Shown: piece after piece, positions 51,424-60,413 of the stretch
How positions within the stretch are numbered: position 1 is the first letter of the stretch
Layout: each line of letters starts with the position of its first letter
Source of the DNA: an uncultured Acidobacteriota bacterium
GTDB taxonomy: Bacteria > Acidobacteriota > JAQAZP01
Length of the DNA: 64,000 bases
Reading direction: 5' to 3'
Assembly: GCA_963836075.1 (NCBI GenBank)
Contig: CAWIIB010000009.1
Coordinates: 32,001 to 96,000, forward strand
Translations under genes and position numbers: made by a program
The notes under the pieces: generated by a model
The model's input: only the letters and a program-made list of their open reading frames with translations
Databases searched by the model: none
What the model was told of the DNA's origin: nothing

Positions 51424-52119
51424 CTACCCTTCCAGCGCCCACTCCACGGCGGCCCGGGCGTGGAGCAGCGTGGTGTCAAAGAGCGGAAGCTCCACTTCTC
51501 CCTGTTGCACCAGCAGGGGGATTTCGGTGCAGCCGAGGATAATTCCTTCCGCCCCGTCGTGCTGCAGATTTCCGATGATCTCCCAGTAGCTCTTTTTCGA
51601 TTGGGGATTGATCACCCCGACGGTCAGTTCCTCCATGATCACCCGGTGGATCAGCGCCACCTCTTCATCGGTGGGGATCAGGGTCTCGATACCGTGGTTT
51701 TCCAGCAGGCGTTTCCTGTAGAAATCCTGGGTCATGGTGAAGCGGGTGCCCAGCAGGCCGATGGTGGTGCATCCCCCGGCCTTGATCGCCTCCGCCGTGA
51801 CATCGATGATGTTTAGGATCGGGATCTCGATGGCTGATGCGATCCGATCCGCCATCCTGTGCATGGTGTTGGTGCAGATCACCAGGAAATCCGCCCCGCC
51901 CCGCTGCAGATGAAGCGAGCCCTCGATCAGCCGGGCCAGCACCAGGTCCCAGCGTTCGATCTCCATCTCCGGCTGAATCTCGCCAAAATCCACGGAGAAC
52001 ATCAGCGACTGTGCCGAGTGGATTCCGCCCAGCCTCTCTCTCACCCCTTCATTGATCAGCCGGTAGTACTCCACCGAGGATTCGCAGGTCATGCCGCCCA
52101 GCAAGCCGATTGTCTTCAC
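51424..52119 (-). CDS. Aspartate/glutamate racemase family protein (RacX/YgeA-like)
   Basis: KTIGLLGGM, CTNTMH, LGCTEI. Confidence 0.92.
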   Translation of the reverse strand: MKTIGLLGGMTCESSVEYYRLINEGVRERLGGIHSAQSLMFSVDFGEIQPEMEIERWDLVLARLIEGSLHLQRGGADFLVICTNTMHRMADRIASAIEIPILNIIDVTAEAIKAGGCTTIGLLGTRFTMTQDFYRKRLLENHGIETLIPTDEEVALIHRVIMEELTVGVINPQSKKSYWEIIGNLQHDGAEGIILGCTEIPLLVQQGEVELPLFDTTLLHARAAVEWALEG

Positions 52120-52375
52120 CCCGCACCTCCAGTGGAAGCTGTTGTTGATCGGTTCCCGTTTCCGGGAGTGAGAACAGGATAGGGAGAAGTGCCGGCTCCG
52201 TCAAACCGCGGCCGGCCCAGAGGCAACGGCGATTGAACGCACCGGCTGCTTGCACTATCATGCCGGCACGGCAACCGGCAATTCGCGCCATCGTTCAGGC
52301 CCGCCACGGCTCACCAGCGGACAGGGCCGGCCCGGCGTTTTGCATAACCCGCTCCGTAATCCGCGGTAAGAATGA

Positions 52376-53317
52376 ATGGAGCCGGCAATGGATACCGTCC
52401 TGACCATCAGCAGCGCTAAAAAGAGTTTCGGGGAAACCCGGGCCCTGGACGGCGCCGGTTTCGAGCTGCGGCGCGGCGAGTGCCTGGCGCTGCTCGGGCC
52501 CAACGGCGCGGGCAAGACCACCCTGGCCCGGGCGATCACCGGGCGAGTCTGCCTCGACGCCGGTGAGCTGGCCCTGCTCGGCGTCCCGCTGGACGGGTCA
52601 ACCGGGGCGGCCGCGGCCCGGCAGAGGCTGGGCGTGGTGCCCCAGGAGATCGCCCTCTACCCGGCGCTCACCGCGAAGGAGAACCTCCGCTCCTGGGGCG
52701 TTTTCCACGGCGTGGCCGCCGCCGACCTCGGTGAGCGGGTCCGCTGGGCCCTGGACTGGACCGGCCTGGGCGGCCGCTCGGGCGAGCCGGTGAAGGGGTT
52801 TTCCGGCGGCATGAAACGGCGGCTGAACATCGCCTGCGGCGTGCTGCACCGTCCCGAGGTGGTGGTGCTGGACGAACCGACGGTGGGTGTCGACCCCCAA
52901 AGCCGGACCCGCATCTGGGAGATGCTGGGCGAACTGGTGGGCGGCGGCGCTTCGCTGCTGCTGACCACCCACCAGCTGGACGAGGCGCAGCAGGTCTGCG
53001 ACCGCATCGTGATCATCGACGAGGGCCGCGTCGTCGCCGCCGGCACTTTCGACGCGCTGGTGCACCAGACCATCGGTTCGGGACGCCGGGTATTCCTCGA
53101 CTTCGAAGGCCGGATTCCCCAGGCCCTCCGCGGCGGGCGGTTCGAGCCGGCCGGAGAAGACGGGATCAGCTGCCAGGTGGACGACGTGGCCGGTGAACTG
53201 GCCGGCGTCCTCGCCGAGGTGGCGGCGGCCGGGGGACGGGTGACCGATGTACGGATCGAGGCGCCATCGCTGCAGGCCGTGTTCATCCACCTCACCGGAA
53301 GGGAGCTCAGGGAATGA
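52376..53317 (+). CDS. ABC-2 exporter ATP-binding protein
   Basis: [32 protein letters not shown]. Confidence 0.92.
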   Translation: MEPAMDTVLTISSAKKSFGETRALDGAGFELRRGECLALLGPNGAGKTTLARAITGRVCLDAGELALLGVPLDGSTGAAAARQRLGVVPQEIALYPALTAKENLRSWGVFHGVAAADLGERVRWALDWTGLGGRSGEPVKGFSGGMKRRLNIACGVLHRPEVVVLDEPTVGVDPQSRTRIWEMLGELVGGGASLLLTTHQLDEAQQVCDRIVIIDEGRVVAAGTFDALVHQTIGSGRRVFLDFEGRIPQALRGGRFEPAGEDGISCQVDDVAGELAGVLAEVAAAGGRVTDVRIEAPSLQAVFIHLTGRELRE

Positions 53318-54666
53318 CCGGCACGCTGCTCCGCATCAACTGGCTCAATCTCAAACGCGACCGGGTGGCGCTCCTGCTGACCTTTGTTTTGCCGCTCGTC
53401 TTCTTCTCCATCTTCGCCTTCATCTTTGGTGGCGGCGGTGGCGGCGGTGGCGGCCTGGGCACGATGAAACTGATTGTCGTCGACCTCGACGGCTCCGAGA
53501 TGAGCCGCAAGCTGGCCGCCGCCCTCGACGGCCAGGGCGCGCTGACGGTGGAGACCGCCCCGCCGGCCACCGAGGACGAGCCGGCCCCCGCGCCCTATGA
53601 CCGCGAGTCGGGCCGGCTGGCGGTGCGCACCGGCAAGCGATCCGCGGCCGTGGTGATCACCCCCGGCTTCGGTGAGTCCTTCGGCAGCTTCGGCACCGAC
53701 CGGGCCGCGGTGGAGCTGATCCACGACCCCTCCAACCCCTTTGCCCTGCATATCGTTTCCGGGCTGCTGCAGGCCTGCGCGATGACCGCGGCGCCGGACG
53801 TTCTGCTGCAGGGCGGTATCGACCAGCTGGAGACCTTCGGCGGGGAACTGACCCCGCGGCAGAAGGCCAGCGTGGAAATGATGAAGGGCTTCCTCGCCCG
53901 CCCCGAACCGGCGGAAACCGGCGAGACCGGTGAAGACGGGCAGGCATCCGCCGGGTCCGAAGATGCGTTCAGCGGGCTGATCAACGTGGAATCGGTGAGC
54001 GCAATGGAGGGCGAGGGTGAAGAAGAGGAGGACGGCCCTTCGATCATCTCCTATTACGCGGCCGGCATCGGCGTGATGTTCCTGCTCTTTTCCATGGCCG
54101 GCGCCGGGGGCTCGCTGCTCGAGAACCAGGAGCAGGGAACGCTGGAGCGGCTGCTCTCGTCCAGCGTGGGCATGGGGCGGCTGCTGGCCTGCAACTGGCT
54201 CTTCTTCACTGCGATGGGCTTTCTCCAGCTGCTGGTGATGTTCGTCTTCGCCGCCCTCGTCTTCGGCCTCGACCTGTTCACGCCCCGTCACTTCACCGGC
54301 TTTGTATTGATGACCGCCATTACGGCCGCCGCCGCGGCGGCCTTCGGCATCGCCCTGGCCACCACCTGCCGCAGCCGGTCGCAGCTCGGCGCGCTCTCCA
54401 CCATCCTCATCCTCGTCATGTCGGCCCTCGGCGGCAGCATGGTGCCGCGGTTCATCATGCCCGACTTCATGGAGACCACGTCGCTGTTCACCTTCAACGG
54501 CTGGGCGCTGGACGGCTACCTCAAGGTCTTCTGGTACGACGACCCGCAGGCGACATTCGGCCAGTTCGTCGTTTCGCTGCTGCCGCAGCTGGCCGTGCTG
54601 GCCGCGATGGCGGCGGTGCTGTTCTTTGTAGCGCGGATGCTGGCCCGGCGCTGGGAATCGGCCTGA
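53314..54666 (+). CDS. ABC-2 exporter permease
   Basis: N-terminal TM, extracellular loop, five C-terminal TMs, GTLERLL, LGGSMVP..MP. Confidence 0.88.
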   Translation: MTGTLLRINWLNLKRDRVALLLTFVLPLVFFSIFAFIFGGGGGGGGGLGTMKLIVVDLDGSEMSRKLAAALDGQGALTVETAPPATEDEPAPAPYDRESGRLAVRTGKRSAAVVITPGFGESFGSFGTDRAAVELIHDPSNPFALHIVSGLLQACAMTAAPDVLLQGGIDQLETFGGELTPRQKASVEMMKGFLARPEPAETGETGEDGQASAGSEDAFSGLINVESVSAMEGEGEEEEDGPSIISYYAAGIGVMFLLFSMAGAGGSLLENQEQGTLERLLSSSVGMGRLLACNWLFFTAMGFLQLLVMFVFAALVFGLDLFTPRHFTGFVLMTAITAAAAAAFGIALATTCRSRSQLGALSTILILVMSALGGSMVPRFIMPDFMETTSLFTFNGWALDGYLKVFWYDDPQATFGQFVVSLLPQLAVLAAMAAVLFFVARMLARRWESA

Positions 54667-54865
54667 ACCAGCCTCAGCGGGCGGCGCGCAGCGCCGTTCG
54701 GCGCAGGCCGCGTCCTCACCCACTAAACGGGTCCAGCCCCAGAGTACGAATTGCCAGGATGATCAACCGGGCGATGCGGAGATAAAGAAACGGCCCCGCC
54801 TCCGCCGCAGCTTTACTGCTCGCTGCGGCGGTACCTGCAGGCGGGGCCTGGGGGTAATGCTCGAA

Positions 54866-57856
54866 TCAGAAATTGCCGCCGGCAACGTGGGCGCCATAGG
54901 TCAGGCCCTGGTCTCCGTAGGCATCAAAGTCCACATTGTTGATCAGGGTGGCCGCGCCACCGTCCACGTTCCAGCCGCGGATCCAGGCCGGCCGGCTCGC
55001 ATCGGGGCCCGGCGCGGTGAGGATCTCATCCGCGCCGTCGCCGTCCAGGTCCGCCGTGCCCACCACCACGCCGAAGCGGGTACCATCGTAGGCGAAGAAG
55101 TTCACCCCGGCCATCGAACTCAGCACCTCACCGTCGTAGTTCCAGGCGCGCACCTGGGGGCCGAAGAATACACCCGGTCCGGCACCGGTGATGATCTCGT
55201 CCAGGCCGTCGTTGTCGATGTCGCCGCTGGCCACGTTCACCCCGAACTTGGGCGTACCGTAGGCCAGGAAGTTCACCGATGCCAGCGCTGTGGTGCGGCC
55301 ACCGGAGTAGCTCCAGCCGCGGACGTGGGGGCCGAACACCGCGCCCGGACCGGCGCCGGTGACGATTTCGTCAGTGCCGTCACCGTCCAGGTCGCCGGCA
55401 GCCACGTTTACGCCGAACTTCAGGGTACCGTAGGCGAAGAAATTCACGCCGCTGATCGACCGGGGGCTGCCCCCGTCCACATTCCAGCCGCGGACGTGGG
55501 GGCCGAAGATGGCGCCCGGCCCGGCGCCGGTGATGATCTCGTCAATGCCGTCACCGTCGATGTCGCCGCTGGCCACGTTCACGCCGTACTTGTTGGTGCC
55601 GTAGGCCAGGTAGTTGACCCCGGGCACCGGCACGCCCGCGCCGCTCCAGCCGCGGACGTGGGGGCCGAACACCGCGCCCGGCCCGGCACCGGTGACGATC
55701 TCGTCAGTGCCGTCACCGTCCAGGTCGCCCACGGAGACATTGACGCCGTACTGGTTGGCGCCATAGGCCGGCCACTCGACAAGGGCTCCGGCCGGGCTCG
55801 TGGCATCAAAAACGCGGACCAGCGGCGGGTTGGAGAGCCCGGCGCCGGGTCCGGTGACGATGGACGGGCCCTCGGGGCCGCCGACGTTCACCATGGCGGC
55901 CACCAGCGAGAAGTCCTGGTTCACCCCGGGTGCTCCATCGTTGTCCTGGGCAATGTTGTACGCCGTGACACTGATGGTATAGACGCCCGCCAGGGGCGCC
56001 TGGATGAAAACGTTCTCCACGTTGTTCAGCCGGTCAGGAGTCTGGCCCGGGCTGGACCAGAGGTTGTCCACCAGCCCGCGGTTGCCGGAGAAGACCGTGC
56101 CGTCGGGCGCGGTGACCGTGAGGTCGAGATCGTTGATCAGCGCCTTGGACGAAGAAGTCTCACCCTGTTTGTCGTTCCAGACCAGCGTGACCTTCAGCGG
56201 TTCGCCCGCGCTGAAGCGGTTGACTGCCCTGCTCCAGGACTGGCCGGTCTGCAGCGGGTTGCCGCCATCGACGATCAGCTGGTTGCTTCCTGCCTGGTTG
56301 ATCCGCCCCACGTCCACCAGGCCCCAGCCCTGCTGGAAGCGTGTGGCCCTGGACAGGTCGTACTGCCGGGCGTTGGCGATGAGCATCGCCTTGACCGTGG
56401 CCGCACCGGGCATTTCGCCGCCGGGGTTGCCGCCGAAGTGGTTTTCGCGGAACATCTGGTAGACCAGACCGGTGGCGCCGGCCACGATGGGAGTGGCGCC
56501 GCTGGTACCTCCGAAGCTGGTGGTGTAGTTTCCGGGTGAGTAGCCGCCCCCGCCCACCACGTCGGTGGTGTAGATGGAATCGAACACGCCGATGATGTCC
56601 GGCTTTATCCGGCCGTCACGGGCCGGCCCCTGGCTGGGCGTGCTGCCGTAGCCGAAATTCTGCCACTCGTCATCATCCAGGGTCTCGGTGTTCTTGTGGA
56701 ACACGGCACCCACGGTAATCACGTTCTTGGCCGCCGCATCCTGGGAAATCGTCACCGGGCCGGTGCCGTAGTTGCCGGCAGCGTAGAGCATGCTCACGTC
56801 ATAGGTGTTGACGGCAGCGTCATTCTGCTGCGCATAGCTGGAGTAGTCGCCGTCGGTGTTCCCCTGGTGCCAGCTGTTGGACTGGAACACGCCGCCCCAG
56901 GAGTTGACCAGGTTGCTGATCGATCCGGTGCGGTTGACATACCAGTCGCAGAAGACGCCCTGGCCGGCGGGCATCATGCCCAGTGCCGAGCTGCTGGCGG
57001 CCCCGTCACTGAAAACGATGCCGAAGGTGGAGGTGCCGTGGGAGTTCACCACCGGACCGCCATAGGTGCCGATGAGGTTGCCGAAGTCGGGGTGCCCCTG
57101 GTCGATGCCGTCGTCCTTCACCTGGCCAACGATGCCTGTTCCGTCAAATCCGTCCAGTTGCACCGCGGTGGCGCCGGTGAAGTTGCGGATCTTGTCCATC
57201 AGGGCCACCGGCGGGTCCCAGCGGTCGATCCAGCGCACTTCGGGCCGCGAGGCCAGGGCGGCGATGGCACTTGCCGGCAGACGCATTCTGATAATCGGGT
57301 AATCCGACTCCTCGGCGGTGATGGCTGCACCAATTGCTCTGGCGTCAGCTTTCAGGCCGGCCAGACGGCTCTCGCCGCCCAGTTCGTTAAAATAGAGGAC
57401 ATTCACTTCCAGCAGGCTTTCCCCGGACTGGAGGAGCCCCGGCTGGATCTTGAATGCCGCGTGGTACTGGCCCACCCAGTTGACCACGGGCAGTTCCCGG
57501 ACCCGGTCCAGTGCCGCGTCGGAAACGTCGGCCAGGTAGGTGAACTCGGGCACGTAGCCGAGGATCACCGCGCCGGCCTGCTCGAGGGAATCAACCTCGT
57601 CGGAGGTCAGCGGCCCGGTCACCTGGACCAGTCGAACCGTATTGTTTGCAGCGGCACGAAATTCCCGGGGAATCTCGGGCTCGCTCACGGCTGGCCGGAA
57701 TGCCCCGTACTTGAGGAGGATCGGTGCTCCGTTCGCCACCTTTTCCGGCGCTATTGTTTGAGCCATGCCCACGCCCGCCGGCGGCAGACCGCCGATAAAC
57801 AGGATCAGCAGGGCAATGCCGACCAACCGAACCATCGAACTGTTGATGATGTTCAT
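54866..57856 (-). CDS. Secreted S8 (subtilisin-like) serine peptidase with C-terminal FG-GAP-like repeats
   Basis: Catalytic D (KDDG), H (SHGT) and S (GTSGATP), AAGN. Repeats of GD.DGDG.DEI.TGAGPG..FGPHVRGW. Confidence 0.9.
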   Translation of the reverse strand: MNIINSSMVRLVGIALLILFIGGLPPAGVGMAQTIAPEKVANGAPILLKYGAFRPAVSEPEIPREFRAAANNTVRLVQVTGPLTSDEVDSLEQAGAVILGYVPEFTYLADVSDAALDRVRELPVVNWVGQYHAAFKIQPGLLQSGESLLEVNVLYFNELGGESRLAGLKADARAIGAAITAEESDYPIIRMRLPASAIAALASRPEVRWIDRWDPPVALMDKIRNFTGATAVQLDGFDGTGIVGQVKDDGIDQGHPDFGNLIGTYGGPVVNSHGTSTFGIVFSDGAASSSALGMMPAGQGVFCDWYVNRTGSISNLVNSWGGVFQSNSWHQGNTDGDYSSYAQQNDAAVNTYDVSMLYAAGNYGTGPVTISQDAAAKNVITVGAVFHKNTETLDDDEWQNFGYGSTPSQGPARDGRIKPDIIGVFDSIYTTDVVGGGGYSPGNYTTSFGGTSGATPIVAGATGLVYQMFRENHFGGNPGGEMPGAATVKAMLIANARQYDLSRATRFQQGWGLVDVGRINQAGSNQLIVDGGNPLQTGQSWSRAVNRFSAGEPLKVTLVWNDKQGETSSSKALINDLDLTVTAPDGTVFSGNRGLVDNLWSSPGQTPDRLNNVENVFIQAPLAGVYTISVTAYNIAQDNDGAPGVNQDFSLVAAMVNVGGPEGPSIVTGPGAGLSNPPLVRVFDATSPAGALVEWPAYGANQYGVNVSVGDLDGDGTDEIVTGAGPGAVFGPHVRGWSGAGVPVPGVNYLAYGTNKYGVNVASGDIDGDGIDEIITGAGPGAIFGPHVRGWNVDGGSPRSISGVNFFAYGTLKFGVNVAAGDLDGDGTDEIVTGAGPGAVFGPHVRGWSYSGGRTTALASVNFLAYGTPKFGVNVASGDIDNDGLDEIITGAGPGVFFGPQVRAWNYDGEVLSSMAGVNFFAYDGTRFGVVVGTADLDGDGADEILTAPGPDASRPAWIRGWNVDGGAATLINNVDFDAYGDQGLTYGAHVAGGNF

Positions 57857-58296
57857 GATCTTTCAAGTCCTTTTCGAAGGCTGCCCGGAAGTCCCAGTGG
57901 ACATGTTCGTTCCGGTGACCAGCTCGGGTTTTCATCAAATCCGCAGGCTCGATCTCTGTTGACCTCGCCAGCCGAAGATCTGTCTAATATAAATCTATTA
58001 CAATCATACCACAAGAAACCCTTACAGGGAGTTTATTTCACAATCAAACACGGCTGTCTATAAAATGTCTACATTAGTAAGATGGAAATATGCGGCGATT
58101 GGTTACAAAAAATATCGTTTTTTCCCTGCCGGCCAACGTCCCAACCCGGTGGATCTGCTGTCATGCGAGCCTCGCTGGAGGATTCGTCTGATCGGATGAT
58201 CTGCTGCAGGTGGTCCGGGTTCGGAAAACGGGTCATGGTGCAGGCGGTGGCCGGTCAGAGCGGGACACGATGGTTACCGTCCTGTTGCTGCAGGTG

Positions 58297-58325
58297 TTGA
58301 AATGGGCAGGGAGAATTTCTATAAT
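58297..58325 (+). promoter_or_regulatory. sigma70-type promoter of the peroxiredoxin gene
   Basis: TTGAAA-17 bp-TATAAT. Confidence 0.75.
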
Positions 58326-58426
58326 TTTTGTCTGTTATCCACAGGCACCGGATTCATCTGTGGCGGACCCGCCCGTTCAAACTGGTGCTGCTCGACTGAT
58401 CCAACAACAGCAATGGAGGAAATACG

Positions 58427-59050
58427 ATGACATGTGAACCGGGACACGACCGGCCGATCTCGGTGGGGGACAAGGTCCCCGATTTCGAGATCCCGGTCTA
58501 CGATCCGACAAAGGACGATTTCGACACCTTCAAACTGTCCGACAACATGGGGAAGAAACGCTGGACCTGCCTCTTCTTCTATCCCGCGGACTTCACCTTT
58601 GTCTGAGCGACCGAGTTCGCTGCTCTGGCAGAGCAGCAAGACCGCTTTGACAAGTTGGGCTGTGAATTGATCACCGTCAGCTGCGACACCCAGTTCGTGC
58701 ACCTGGCCTGGAAGCACAACGAGGGCGAGTTGGCCAACGTCACCTACAAGATGGGTTCCGACGCCAACGCCAGGCTGGCGAAGATGTTCGGCGTCTACCT
58801 CGATGACGCGGGCGTGGCCCTGCGCGGCACGTTCCTCATCGCGCCGGACGGCACGGTGATGAACTCCGAGATCAACCAGCTGAACCTCGGCCGCAACATC
58901 GACGAGCTGATGCGCCGCTTCAAGGCCAACCTCTACCTGATGAAGAAGAAGGACGAGGGCTGTCCGGCCAAGTGGAAGGAGGAGGGCGACGCCACGCTCA
59001 CGCCTTCAGCCAAGATGGTGGGCAAGGTCCACGAGGCCCTGCGCAAGTAG
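58427..59050 (+). CDS. Selenocysteine-containing peroxiredoxin (AhpC/Prx family)
   Basis: GGAGG RBS and ATG at 58427. Reads FFYPADFTFV-TGA(58604-58606)-ATEF in frame with ALRGTF..., GRNIDE and resolving CPAKW. Confidence 0.88.
58619..58637 (+). promoter_or_regulatory. Bacterial SECIS-like hairpin
   Basis: GCTGCTCT-GGC-AGAGCAGC begins 12 nt after the in-frame TGA, with G at the start of the loop. Confidence 0.75.
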
Positions 59051-59239
59051 ATCCGCCACGCCGGGGCGTGCGGTTTCGGACGCCCCGGCGAGAGCGGCGG
59101 CATCGCCCTCTGCACCTTGGTCCGTAAAACCCGGACGACAATTTTTTTCACGCAGACCGGACTATCGGTATAGAGTGTACAGGCAATGTGACCGGGTCGC
59201 CGCTGTTCAATGTCCGCCGCCAACGGAAGGGAGACCGCC

Positions 59240-59611
59240 ATGCAGGTGTTCACGACTCTTCTCCAACTGGTAATCGCTCTGATAATTCTCAATGTCTGGC
59301 TGCTGCGCTTCGGGAAACCCACCGCCTGGCGCGGCGGCGCCGCGAAAAGCATGAAAGAGGAGTTCGCCGTCTACGGCCTGCCCCCCTGGTCGGTGGGTAT
59401 CATCGGGTTTCTCAAGGTCCTCTGCGCCGCCCTGCTGATCATCGGGGTGTGGATTTCGGCCGTGGTCAAACCGGCGGCGGCCGGCCTGGCGGTCCTGATG
59501 CTCGGGGCCATCCTGATGCACATGAAAGCCAAGGACTCGCCGCAGAAATCGGTGCCTGCGGTCACCGTGCTGGTGATGTGCCTGATCGTCATTATCTTCC
59601 AGCAGGCATAA
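59240..59611 (+). CDS. DoxX family membrane protein
   Basis: NVWLLR...RGG.A..MKEEF..YGLP.W, MLGAI.MH.K..D. Confidence 0.85.
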   Translation: MQVFTTLLQLVIALIILNVWLLRFGKPTAWRGGAAKSMKEEFAVYGLPPWSVGIIGFLKVLCAALLIIGVWISAVVKPAAAGLAVLMLGAILMHMKAKDSPQKSVPAVTVLVMCLIVIIFQQA

Positions 59612-59647
59612 TCGGGACCCGGACGGCTCAGGTCCAGGCCCAGAGCA

Positions 59648-59775
59648 TCATCGGTGGGGAAGCCCTGCCGGCCGACACGGCTGAACAACGGGTAGTGCAC
59701 CAGCTGGACGAACCAGATCAGGCCGACCATCACCAGGGTTGCCGACGACTGGATCAGCAGGTTGAGGTCCGCCAT
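59648..59775 (-). pseudogene. Truncated conserved membrane protein (5' fragment)
   Basis: AGGAAG RBS and ATG, TLVMVGLIWFVQLVHYPLF.RVG...F, then similarity stops and the frame runs antisense into the DoxX gene. Confidence 0.5.
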
Positions 59776-59897
59776 GGAATACTTCCTGGAAGGGGCTCTG
59801 CTGCGCGGATTCGGCCGATGAAGACACCCTGATTTTGGCGGCCGAAACCACTATCGTCACTCACGAGCGAGAACAGGCCGCACGGAGACTTGACGCG

Positions 59898-60413
59898 ATG
59901 AGCACTATTGACGAGCCGGTAATCGATGGCGGAACGTCCGGGGATGACGATGCCCCTTCCCGGGCAACGGTGCGCGAGCGGATCCAGCGCCTGGTGGACA
60001 ACCAGCCCTACGCCGTACTCTGCGTCCAGGGGGAGGGCCAGCCCTACGGCGCGCTGGTGGCGTTCGCCTTCACCCCGGACCTGCGCCACGCCGTGTTCAC
60101 CACGCCGAGGGCCACTCGAAAGTTCAGCATGCTCACCAGGAGCGGCCGGGTGGCCCTGCTCATTGACAACCGGCCCGACCGGGTGGGCGAGTTCATGAAC
60201 ACCGAGGCGGTCACCGTCACCGGGCAGGCGACCCACGTGGAGGGCGGCGAGGAGTTCCACCGCTGGGTCGAGCTGTTCCTCACCCGTCACCCCTACCTGC
60301 GGGCCTTCGTCCACGCCGACACATCGGCCCTCTTCCGGGTGGATGCGGTGCGTTTCCTGCACGTGATGCGGTTCCAGGAGGTCAGCCAATGGGTTCCCGA
60401 CCCCCGTTCCTGA
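59898..60413 (+). CDS. Pyridoxamine 5'-phosphate oxidase-like (split barrel) protein
   Basis: QPYGALVAF, F.TPRATRK, VALLIDNR, RFQEV. Confidence 0.85.
   Translation: MSTIDEPVIDGGTSGDDDAPSRATVRERIQRLVDNQPYAVLCVQGEGQPYGALVAFAFTPDLRHAVFTTPRATRKFSMLTRSGRVALLIDNRPDRVGEFMNTEAVTVTGQATHVEGGEEFHRWVELFLTRHPYLRAFVHADTSALFRVDAVRFLHVMRFQEVSQWVPDPRS

Noticed and set aside
54791-54848. Hairpin GGCCCCGCCT...AGGCGGGGCC
   Set aside because: It sits just past the S8 protease stop with a following T-rich tract on the minus strand, consistent with an ordinary terminator.
55000-55870. Regularly spaced DNA repeats as a CRISPR array
   Set aside because: They are in-frame coding repeats of about 177 bp without unique spacers, and no cas genes are present.
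58655-59050. 131-aa truncated peroxiredoxin or pseudogene as given in the ORF track
   Set aside because: The upstream in-frame N-terminal half, RBS, promoter and SECIS-like hairpin support a full-length read-through gene.
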